Below, in pieces: positions 1-10,928 of a stretch of DNA of 64,000 nt. Under the pieces are notes generated by a model. That model was not told where the DNA came from. It saw only the letters and a program-made list of their open reading frames with translations, and did not search any database. The DNA is taken from contig CM102283.1 of NCBI GenBank assembly GCA_046563655.1, positions 7,130,001 to 7,194,000 on the forward strand, read 5' to 3'. The number at the start of each line of letters is the position of its first letter. Positions within the stretch are counted from its first letter, which is position 1. The stretch comes from Yuukianura sp. NJ FZ-2021. Its lineage: Eukaryota. The translations under genes and the position numbers were made by a program.

Positions 1-824
1 TTTCTTTGGAAGTTCCCGGGTTTAGTTTCGAGAACTTTCACTTTGAGCTGACCTTTGACTTTGGAGAGGTCTGGACAGGTAAAAGTGTTGCCATTATTTG
101 TAGAGTAAGAATGGAATTGGACAGGGACTGATGTCGTCTGGTCATTGGTGAACGTGATTTGGGCTGGAGAAAAAGTACGAGTTGATCTCTGTCTCCAGTG
201 GATTTTGGTTGGTCATGGTCTGTAGAAGGCTGAATAGGAAGATAGAAGTAAGCTGAGGAAGATTAGGTTGGATGTGTCTTGCAGAGAGAAGCTTTTCTGG
301 AAGGATGTTACTTTGTTGGAGCAAGAGAAAGTGAATTTCTGAAAGCTAAAACTCGGTGTGCTTTCTATTTTGCTACAGGTTGGTTGGGTTTTGTGGGATT
401 TTGGGAATGATTTGGATTAAATGTGGTTCGGTGAGCAGAGACGAATTTCTATTTTGGGTTTTGAATGTGCGAACTTTCGGGTTTCAAAATTGTGAAATTT
501 CGGATGTGTCGGCGTTTCGCGTTTCATTTTCGTACTGACTAGACATGTTTTTAGTCAGTTTCAAAATTTTGCTCAGCATGTTGATCTTGATGAGGCAGAA
601 ATAGAATTTTACTTTTCAAAGTTTTTGGTAAAAATAATTTGCTCGGATGACGCAAATGAATGTAGAAAATAAAAAAAAAAATTCATTTCGTGCATCAAAA
701 GCAAACGCTTCAAATTTTGGGTAAAATCATACACTTTGGGAAAAAGGTTTTCAAAAAAGTTGCAGAGATTGATCGGTGTAGCGAAAAATTTTGAAATTTG
801 ACATTTCGCGTTTTTTTTATAGAA

Positions 825-1767
825 ATGGCTGAACAGAAGTCAATGGCATCAGAATTTCCAGACTTTTTCAATTTCTCGACCGTTCTGGATGACAACTACG
901 TTCAGTTTCAGCAGTTCGGCTTGTTCTTTAAATCTGTGAGTCTCTTAATTGAATTACTAATTACAATTTTGGATTATTTAATTTATGTGGTCTATTTGAT
1001 GAATAATTCATTTGAAAGGGACTTTGTCAAAGTTATGGAAGTGAAAGTTCTGTCTGTTCTCGTTTAGATCGAATGGGGAGAGCCGTTTATAATTGGATTG
1101 ATTTTCTTTCACATCATGGTGACGCTGATGACATTTCTGAGTCGACGAAGAGCCGCGGCACAAGGATTTCTCTTTTTCCTTATGCGTACGTTTTGTTTTC
1201 TAAAAGTTCTGCGCAAGTATTTTGTTGGTTTAACGGAGTATGAATAATGTAACGGAAATTGTTTTATTGATTGTGCAGTGACCTTGATATTCCTGTCTGA
1301 GAAATTAAACGAAATTGCAGCAGAGAATTGGCAGTGAGTTGTTTACGAAATTTAAAATTCAGTGAAATTATGATGCATGACCAACATTTCTAAATATTTT
1401 ACGGTTTTTACGATGAACTATGATTGATGCCTTGTTTTGTTGATTACAGATTGTTTTCTCGGCATCAGTACTTTGACGAAAATGGAATGTTCATTTCCAT
1501 TGTATTTTCGCTGCCACTCCTATTCAACTGCATGATTATGGTCGTAAGTGGCACTTTATAAAAATTTAGTTTCCAGTGAAGATTGGATATTTTGATTTTG
1601 TTTTGACTGTTTTGCAGGCAAACTGGCTCATGATTTCCAGCGAACTCATGACGACTGTCCGGAAGTTCCAAATGCAGCAGCAGAGTCAGAAACGGAGAGC
1701 CAGCGCTAGTAAAAGTACTAAAACTACTAGAAGTCCTTCTACCGAGAAAAGCGTTAAGCAAGACTAA
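825..1767 (+). CDS. TMEM18: Transmembrane protein 18 (5 coding exons: 825-935, 1068-1185, 1279-1333, 1450-1543, 1618-1767)
   Basis: GT-AG splicing gives a continuous frame: [11 protein letters not shown]...[31 protein letters not shown]...[69 protein letters not shown]...QD*. The IxWxEP, E-x-LNExAAxNW and FSxxQYFDxxGMFISxVFSxPLL motifs and the basic C-terminus are characteristic of TMEM18. Confidence 0.93.
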
Positions 1768-2630
1768 AAAACCGGAAAAGCTAAGTAGAGGTCTCCCTGG
1801 ACACAAATTTTCGTTTGTGACTTGGGATTTCAGAAAATGTTCAAAAGAAATTGAGAAATAATGGAAACGGATTCCAAAAATCCATTCCTCTTGCTAATTA
1901 ATCCCAAAGAGTAACTTTATATTTGTTAATCATAAGCCTTCTTTTTGCTTTAAACTTTAAGTGAACTTAAAAACAAAAGTTTAAAATTCCGCCTCATTTT
2001 TGGAATTTTTATGAAATTATGCAAGTATAACGTGAGCAGTATGATTTAAACTCAGTCGGGTGACTTAAATCTTAATTCTACTTACGGCAATTAGTTCTTT
2101 CTTGAGTCATGATGAAGTTGGCCTTTAGAATTTTTTAGAAAATTATGTTTCGAAATACGTTAAAAACAGTTCAGCTTTTAGGAAACGATGTTGAAATTGC
2201 ACAAACTGAAAAATTACAATTAAGCTTGTGAAGATATCTAATTTGTAGGGCATCGCTGAAGTGATGAGAATTCCAATGAAAATTACAGACAAATGATATT
2301 AACAATTATTTTAGTAAAAGTAGAATTTAAGTTATGTAAAACGTAAAACTTAACTCTTCTTGTGATAAAAACCTTTAAAAGTCAAAAACCATGTAAGTGA
2401 AGTACTTGTCGCTAGTTTGACGTTCCCAATCTCAATGTCAGATGATTCCGACAGCGCTAACGTTTTAAATTCGTTGTATGGAAATGGTTTTGGTGTCGAT
2501 TTGTAAAGTCGACAGCACAATGTAATGTTTGCGCAATCGTGCAACTGTAGTGGCATTGTGCAAAATTGTAAAAGGTTTGGATGATGTTCTGCATAAGAAT
2601 TATATCGTTTCGATAGGCGTTGTAAATGTT

Positions 2631-3540
2631 TGATGCAAACTATTTTTACAAAATCGTCGAAATTGTGAAAATTCGTATTTGAAAAATAAAATAGGATGTA
2701 CTTAGATAGGCAAACGCAAAAGTGTCGAATTTTGAAATGTGTGAGGCACGTTGACCTCGATTGTTCTATGGATTAGTTTTTGAAAGAATTTTAAGTGAAA
2801 AGTCAGGTAAATGAATTTTTGTTCTGACTGTACGAAATGGTCCAAAAACGTTATTTGAAAACAGTATCAGGGACGTTGTGTTCCATTTTGATAAGATTTC
2901 GAAATGACTTTGCCTCCCCTGTGACATTTCGACTTTAGTTTTTCGAAATTTCAAAGTACAACGACGACATTAATTACTTAGAGAACGACAAGTCCCGTTT
3001 TAACAAGAAAAAGCATTAGGAAAAAGGTCACTCACATCAAGCTTTTTCAATACAAAAGACTTTTTTGTAACTTTGGAATGTGGAGTTGCATTTTAAGCTG
3101 GATTTAGTCCAACTTGGCATGTAATTTTCGTCACTTTTGTCGTCATTCGTTTCAATTTCGTTTCTATTATGAGAAATGGGTTTTGGTTTTTTGAAGGAAA
3201 TGTTGCCGGATGTATGGGATATGGATCTGGTCGTGCCACTTGAGGGCTTTTAGAGATTTAAGTTAGTCTCCCCTCCCGGGTATCAAAGGGTTGTGGAATT
3301 TTTACACTTTTTCGTTTTATAGCCCCTCCCTTGTCCCTGGGCTCTCCCCAGTTTTAAAACTGATGCAACGCTGTACCAATGTTCCATCTTCCACGTCATC
3401 CTTCAAACTCAAAATGCACTTTTCGTTCTTTTGGCTTTGAGAACATGAACTTCGAGATCAGGGTTTAGCACTCCATGCCCAGATAGTTTAACCGGACACG
3501 AATTCCCGTCACGTGACGGGTACGCGAGGATTACGTCATC
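2631..3540 (+). promoter_or_regulatory. bZIP/bHLH stress-response motif cluster upstream of tribbles
   Basis: TGATGCAAA 2631-2639 and TGATGCAAC 3361-3369 (C/EBP-ATF composite, CARE/AARE). CCACGTCA 3391-3398 (UPRE TGACGTGG on - strand). Perfect 16-bp palindrome CCCGTCACGTGACGGG 3505-3520 (E-box/CLEAR core). ATTACGTCATC 3530-3540 (CRE-C/EBP hybrid). Confidence 0.5.
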
Positions 3541-4466
3541 TTTTCTGATTCATGCTTGCGACGACGAAAAACGAATTTGGAAATTGGAAACCCAGTACTA
3601 TGCATTAATAATCTAGTTTACCAGAATTCAAAATTGAAACTTAACTGTGTTAAACGTTAAGGTTTTGTTGCAAAACGTTTTAAACTTAAGACGCGGTAAA
3701 CGTTTACTTTGTTGTAACGTAAATGCAGATTAACCGCAGATAATCGTAAGCAGATCATATGACTGTGTGGAATTGGTGATCACACACTGTATAAACGCAA
3801 GAAATTACTTATGTACTTAAGAACTTACTGCTTACATTAAGTTTTGCGTAACGTTTTGGTAATCTTTTTTATTAATTTATTATGCTTCGACTAAACAGCA
3901 CTAAACTACTCTGATGGATTCTTTATACTTTTTATTAATTTTAATTTCAGGGCAATTCTGTAAATCGTGTAATGCCCGAAGGCGTCTCCTAATTGCCCTG
4001 GCACTCTGTAACCCTGGAACGTTCGTGATGCAGAACTTCTGCAGTGCAGCAGCGTTCGAGTACGCCTGCACGTATGCTATGAGATGCGTGGGTTTTTGTG
4101 TTGATTTACCAACGAACTTTGTACCTTTCGTCTTGGGCTTTGGTAACTTGTTCCTTGTATTTCAATTCTTTGTTCAATTCTATTGAAGAAGCCCCTAGAA
4201 AACCCACGAGAAATTTACTATATAAAGTTTTAAGAAAAGGGCCCATTTCCATTCATTTGTTCAAATTTTAAACAATATTGTTTTAATTTTTCCTAAATTA
4301 GAAGCAAGTTTAGCTGGGCGGGATTCGTTTAAAAAGGCGAAAAGTGAAGTTTTATTTTGATTTTGAAAGCAACATCTTTAGTAGCTTTCAAATTCAAGTT
4401 TTCTGATTCAATTTAACTTTTTCAGTGCTGATTAATTCGTAAAACGAATTTCGATTTGAAGTTTTC

Positions 4467-6993
4467 AGTTCAACAAACGTTGCTCGACGTTTACAGTTCG
4501 TGGATTTTTGTTCGATGTCGCAGGAACTACTAAAATTGAATCAGCAGGGCCATATGACCTCGCCTAAACGAATTTAAACGTAAGTCTCATTGGTTTTATT
4601 ATAGCAGAAGTTATAACGTTAGTTTATAAAATAGTAAACGATGAGGTGATTGCTGCTGCGTCACCAGTGCTGCGAAGTATTGCTCATTGTTATTTGAATT
4701 TGGTATACTTGCAGTAGTTGATTTGGGCGTAAATTTGAACTGTACAGTCAAAGCAATTGGTATCAGAAGCATAGCCCGTTAACCGTGCGGTGGGGATTTG
4801 CTAAAGAAACTAATTTTTTTGCAATTCGCGAATCGCCAGTGTTATTACACGTGGCAAATTTATAGGAAAGATTTTTTGCAAGACCTGCCTAGTCTGTGTT
4901 TCCGTATACCAAGTTCTAAAGCGCCTTGCGCGGTCGTAGCCCCTCGTTGATTCAGCAGTGGTAATGGGGTGACCACTTTTCGTCGACGAAATGATTTGGA
5001 GGAGGGGCTAAAGTAATCGAAGTTGCATACACTGAGGTGGTACACGTCATGATTTAGCAGTAGTAGTTACTTAGCAATGGAAACGTATCGTACGAGAAAT
5101 TTCTCAAATGTTGTACTAACTTCTAGGTCTTTCCTTTTTTTCCTTTAAATTTAGGCTGATCAGTGAACGAAGGAAGCCAGTCTCAAGTGGCATACCCTCC
5201 CGTATCCTCAAGTGAAAGTTATACTTCCGGGATTCCAGCATTAGTGACCATTACATTGGATTTGTAATCATCAGCAGTGCGTCCATAAACTTCGTAAATC
5301 AACGTAAAGTGTAGTTTTATGAACATTCAAGTCTAGAATCTTTTTATTCATCATATTTACTTCAAGTAAGTGATCTTCAGTTGTTCTATTGTTTCAGGAG
5401 TCCAGTCTAGTTTTCAAAACGAGCGGAAAGTGACCATAAACTGTCCAGTGACCGAGTGATCTGCGGATGTTCAGAGAGGAAATTGAACTGAAGGCTTCAA
5501 AGTTGTTTATATCTTGGATAACCTTGTGCTAATCAATCCCTCGCCATTCGCAGAAAGATGAAGGAAGCTGCATGAGGATTATCCGAGGTCATAAGGTCAT
5601 CTTCGCATAAAGGCCGCTGCGTCACCCCATCACTCGGTCCAGATTAGATTTGATTTAGGTCACCTTCAGCTCGTACGACTGGATTTATGCGTTTTAGTTT
5701 GAATTTTTGCAATAACACGATCAGATCAGGTTGTTCTGCCTTGTTGTGGATCCAGTAGCTTTCCCGGGTATTTCCTTCTAAAGAAAAGTGAAAGCATCAG
5801 CATCTTCTTAATTTTTAGAAAAATATTAAGGGGGAGTTCATCCATAGCGAAATTTCAGATAAATATTGCACCATTTCACAGTTAATTCTACTAAATCGAG
5901 AGATAATGGACTCTTGTGGTTGTTAATCACCTCTGTACCCAACTGTACAAACGATGATTAGACTGCACGGGACCAATGTCGTTTTGTTGTCGTTTTACGG
6001 ACAATCGGGTCACGTTGCGAAATGAACTAGATCACTTCAGCTTTCGGATTTTTTTTTCAATCTGCGTTGACGACGCAGAAGCAAGCGGGACGTTCGAGGT
6101 TCGATTAAGAGCCATGGTGGTGGATCTAACAATGCAAAACAGACAAACCATAAAATAAGCCCAATGGTTTTGAATTTGAAGTGGTGTGGCGTAGTAAGTT
6201 AGGTTAGATACTGGCTAAAATTCTACCCAACTTCAACTTTGCCAAAAATAGCCAATGTTTACAACATTTGACTTTCACAAATCACAAGTTTAGTATGATT
6301 GAGATGGACTTCATCATTACCATTTCCTCGGGTCATTTTTAACGTGGTGGTTGTAACATACAGATGATGATTTCATTATTTTGGAGACAATGACAAATTA
6401 AGTTTTTAAATGCTGAGTAATTAGTCATGTTCGTTAGAATTCAACTTAAACTGCCGGGTATATCGAACTGCTAAATTGCTTGAATAGAATAGACGCTTAT
6501 GTTGTTATGTTTAGCGCATGGGCTAGACCACGATTTGATTTTGGAGTTGAAGCGTGTATTTCAAGGTCACAGTATCCCCTTGCATCATCCATGTGGCGAA
6601 AAAGGAGAAATTTGATGCAATCGACTCACACATTTGCAATACCCTGATGCTATTCCATATTTGCAAAACAAAAAAAAACTTGGAGTTTTGCTGATTGACG
6701 AAGTGAAGTATTTAGTCAGTATAAAAATGGACGCTGCACTAGCTCCATGTTTTCAGTCTAGCAAACTTCCTTTGTTTATATTTTGTTAATTTTTATACCT
6801 TTTTTATAGAAATGAAATTCATCGTGACTAAGATGTGCTGGATCTCGTAAAGCGTTTGGTGGTGGTGAACCTGTGAGACACGAAGAAATAATCCCATACT
6901 GTTAACTTCCTCAATTACTTAGTCAACCATACTTCAACTACGCAAATTCAACCAATTTCTACACAATAACCTAAGCAACATACATACTACATC
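4467..6993 (+). other. Putative spliced 5' leader of tribbles with upstream ORFs (candidate non-coding exons ~4467-4579, 5155-5365, 6810-6993)
   Basis: TCAGTT initiator 4465-4470. Strong GTAAGT donors at 4580 and 5366. Polypyrimidine acceptors ending at 5154 and 6809. uORFs: 4515-4577 (MSQELLKLNQQGHMTSPKRI*), 5319-5336 (MNIQV*), 6812-6850 (MKFIVTKMCWIS*). Exon connectivity is inferred, not proven. Confidence 0.45.
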
Positions 6994-9764
6994 ATGAGCA
7001 TGTTCGAAACTGAAGATTTAGTACATTTCGCAAGGATTCAAGGACAAGATCGGTTTGCAACTGCGTCTCCTGAACTACTGAGTCCCATATTGGAACATAA
7101 GTTGGAAGAAAATAGTGGTCCAACACTTGATCTTCAAACGTTATGCGTCTCTGAAGACTTTTCTGGTCCAACCAATGAGGAAGAAGAGGTCGAAGAAGCT
7201 GACGACGAAAGTGTAACCACCAGTGACGAAGAAGAGGAGGAAGACGAGCAGGATCCGGCAAACAGCGACGAAGTTTCGTCAGTTGCCGAACCCTTGGCAG
7301 ATCCAAATCCGATTTCGGAGGAACGAGTATTGCCAGGAGTAGCGCCAGCTATCAAGGCACAGTCGGCGGTCCCTGCAGTGGACCAGCCTTCTCAAGTCTC
7401 CATATTGGGTGGACGCTACCTACTCATTGCTAATCCACCTACATCGTCTTCGTCATCAACGTCTTCGCAGTCATCTCAACCTGTTTCGACGTCTTCAAAG
7501 AACGTTCTGAAGTGTGTCCACGTTGAAACGAGGGAGCAGTTTCTATGCAAGGTGAGTCTGATTTGAACGACTAAGCTTGTCAAACTCCGAATGAAGGTGC
7601 CCACTCTAACTCTTCCCATTTTCGGCTTAACTTTGGCTTAACTTTTTGGTTTTGTTTTGCAGGTCGTACCAAGAAATTTGGCAGGTCTGAACTTGTTGGC
7701 AGCCTACCACCAGTTGAACGACTTTGCCAACTGTGTGAACTCTATTCATGAAATCATCTTAAGTCCAAAGTCATTCTATCTCATCTTCCCAATAAACTAT
7801 GGCAATGTCCATGCATATCTACTGGCCAACAAGAGACTGCGAGAAGACGAAGCGGCTCATCTCTTCAAACAAATGGTCACGGCAGTCAAACATTGTCACT
7901 CCAAAGGAATTGTTCTTAGGGATTTGAAACTAGGCAAATTCGTCTTCACCGATAAAGAAAGGTAAAAAGAATTTTCTGGAAAAAAGTTTGTTTGAAATTT
8001 GCACACGAAGGGTGTCGCCAATTTTTTGGCACGCCCATCGCCTCATTCAACGTAAACGCGCAAAACATGTTGGGAGAAGATGTTCGTTTTTTCCACACCT
8101 TCCAGGATTCTCATTTTTTTTAATCCAGTTTTTGCAAAACCCGATTAAAAAAACTCACTCATTAACCTTGCTTTGTCACGAATTTGCACGCTGGCGTACG
8201 TGATTTTAGTCCAACGGACAACAAATCTGGTTTTTCATCATCAAGCTCAGTTCCAAATTGGAACTTCCAATTTCAGTTTTTTCAAGAAATATAGAACGTC
8301 TTTTTTTGCTTTGTTTTTCAATTAGAGTGGGCGGGAATAAATTTTTAATCGTGAAGTTCATGATACTTTGTACACTTCACAATCTACGTTGTACTTTATG
8401 TCTAAAACGATTGCAATGTAAAAATAATTTACCAAACTGCGAACTTTTTAATGCTCATAATGAAATCAAATGAAATCCTTCGTGGCGTGAACCGTCAATC
8501 ATCACATTTAAAATGACAAGATAGCGTTTCATTGTTTTAACTGCTTTACTGCTAACATCATCTGCTTGCTCTGCTTTTTACATAACTTTTTTTTTGTATT
8601 TCATGTTCGTGAGAATCGTTGTCAAAATTAGGAAATGTACATTTATTTTGCCCTTATGCTCTCCTAGTCCTATAAAGTAAACTATGTCAAGGTTTGTTGC
8701 AATGCCAAATCTCATCAAATTTGCACAAGAAGTTAAGAGAACAAGTTAGCTGACCCTCAAACTTTGAGTCTCTTCGTATACACCACCGTGTAGCCTTTGC
8801 CTTTTGAGCCTATTGCAAATTTGTGACTTAAAGTTTGTTTAGTAATTCACTCGCACTTCAATTTTCATTGCCAAATGCATGGAGCAATCCTGCGTGTTGC
8901 ATCGCAATTTGAAGGTGAAGAATTGTATCACCGAGGCATTAACTCCTTGTTTTCTGCGATTGTAATAAAAGATGCTGAGTAATAAAATTGTTAGGGTTAA
9001 GTAAAAACTTATGTTAGATGAAATCTATAATACGTTTTTATGACGCTTGTTACTCATCGTGTTGTTTGTTTTTTGTTTTTTAGAACAACTATAAAATTGG
9101 AATCACTTGAAGATGCTGTGGTTCTGCCAAAAGATGGCGACGATGGGCTGTCCGACAAACATGGCTGTCCGAACTACGTCAGTCCGGAAAAAGCGGAGAT
9201 TCTGAGAACAAACAGCAAATATCCAGGAAAAGCTACAGATATTTGGGGGTTAGGCGTCATGCTTTACACGATGCTAGTTGGGAGGTAAGGAAGTTAAACT
9301 AAGTTTGTACACGAAATTAAGTAAATAGGTTGAGAACTTAACTAATTCGGGGTTTTGTAATTTCTAGATATCCATTCAATGATACCGACCATGGAAAACT
9401 GTTTGTTAAAATCCGGAAAGGCTTATTTTCCATTCCCGAATGTCTGTCGCAGAATGTCAAGTGTGTCATCAGATGTCTCCTGCGCAAAGATCCCACGAGT
9501 CGACTCAGTTGTGATGAAATTCTCAGGCATCCATGGATCTCCGACCAAGGACGCCATTCTCACAACCTGTCGTCAAGATCCAACTTTCCACAATTCCAAA
9601 CAGCTCCGGAAGTTTTTAGTCGAGGAACTCGGCGTGGCTTTGAAGCTGTCGAGAATAACGATGATGATCAAGTGGTGCCAGTGTGGACACCACCTCCAAA
9701 GAAAGTTAGGCTTGAAGACGACGGAGAACTTGAAACTACCCACCAGGGATACCCCAACTACTAG
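6994..9764 (+). CDS. trbl: Tribbles family pseudokinase (exons 6994-7551, 7663-7961, 9084-9284, 9368-9764)
   Basis: Acidic/PEST N-terminus, then a kinase-like domain with Tribbles signatures: [26 protein letters not shown] (SLE replacing DFG), [38 protein letters not shown]-terminal ILRHPW (MEK-binding-type) and DQVVP (COP1-binding-type) motifs. Stop TAG at 9762-9764; AATAAA at 9884 and 10224. Confidence 0.96.
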
Positions 9765-10384
9765 ACAATTTCATACAAGTTACACTTTACTAAGCTAAAG
9801 CTACTACGATCTACGACCATAAGTGTGTGCAAACATTGACACTAAGAACAGACTTCTTTTTTTTTCTTAGAAGTGTGATCTCAAATAAATTTTTGTTGTA
9901 AACTGCTAATCGTTTTTGATGGGTTAGCAAATAAACAGTGTCATCTCAAGTCAAGTCTCACCAGTTCACCACCACCAACCGCTCGATCCCAAGCTGAATA
10001 ATACTTATAAGCTCTAGCTTAAGTAACTTTTGTGTGAAGTTGGTAATTAAGTGTTTAGGTTTAATTAACTTTTAGTTGCTACTTTTATTGAGATAATTTC
10101 CGTTTCATTTCAAATTTTAATCGGATTCAGTAAGTAGAAAGGTTACATTTTGAGCAAAATTCTAGAAAGTATACCCTAGTTTACTTTTCGTCTGTTGCAA
10201 ATTCTGTGTGTATTGAACTTAAAAATAAACTTGAACTTTTAATGTTCATAAATTTATACTGTTTGTCAAGTTAGTTTTCAAAAAGCTTCGTCCAGGAACA
10301 ACTTCTGAAATTCTTCGCCCAAGAAATTCTTTAGAAAATACTAATTTTATTTCGTTGAATGTAGTATTGCTTGTGTATTCAGGA

Positions 10385-10562
10385 GAGTATTGATGATGAT
10401 GAGTTTTTCAATATGTGGAGTATGATGATGAGAACAATATGAGTATGATGATGATGATGATGAGTATTTCAATATGCAGAATGTGATGATTTGATGAGTA
10501 TTTCCATACGCGGAGTATGATGATAAGCATAATGTGCGGAGTATGATTATGATGAGTATTAT
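10385..10562. repeat. Degenerate GAT-rich minisatellite (~30-bp unit, GGAGTATGATGATGATGAGTATTTCAATATGC-like)
   Basis: About 5-6 imperfect copies of gagtat(gat)n gagtatttc(a/c)ata(t/c)g between tribbles and scramblase. Confidence 0.75.
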
Positions 10563-10928
10563 TAATCTACATGAGACTAGTATTAATTAGTTAATCCAGG
10601 TATGATTTAGTTAACTATTAATCTATCTTAATAGTTCATTAACCTTTACTATGCCTATCAGGCATTGCCTAACATAACGTTTGAGATGCCCATACGCGTT
10701 GACAAGTGGTGGTGTCGATGTGCAGTAGCTGTTTGTGCAACAGCGTTTTATTTGTTTTTGTTTTTTCAATCTGGGTGGGTTGAGTTTTTTTTATTCTCTG
10801 TTTATCCTCTCCTCCTGAGAGAGTCTCTTCAGTTGCTGTCTGAAGTTTGAGTTTTCGTTCAGTTGTTTATTGAACCGATAAACATCGTTTGCCAGTGTTT
10901 TTCACTAAGGAATTGACAACGGATAATT

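Noticed and set aside
1-340. Possible minus-strand coding exon at the window start
   Set aside because: All three frames contain stops and show no recognisable protein; at most UTR of a gene outside the window.
6992-7355. Antisense ORFs over tribbles exon 1
   Set aside because: Shadow ORFs of a low-complexity acidic coding exon.
9762-9840. Stop-codon readthrough in tribbles (also checked for the other genes)
   Set aside because: Stop contexts (TAG-A, TAA-G, TAA-A) are not the leaky TGA-C type, and the tribbles extension is short and unremarkable.
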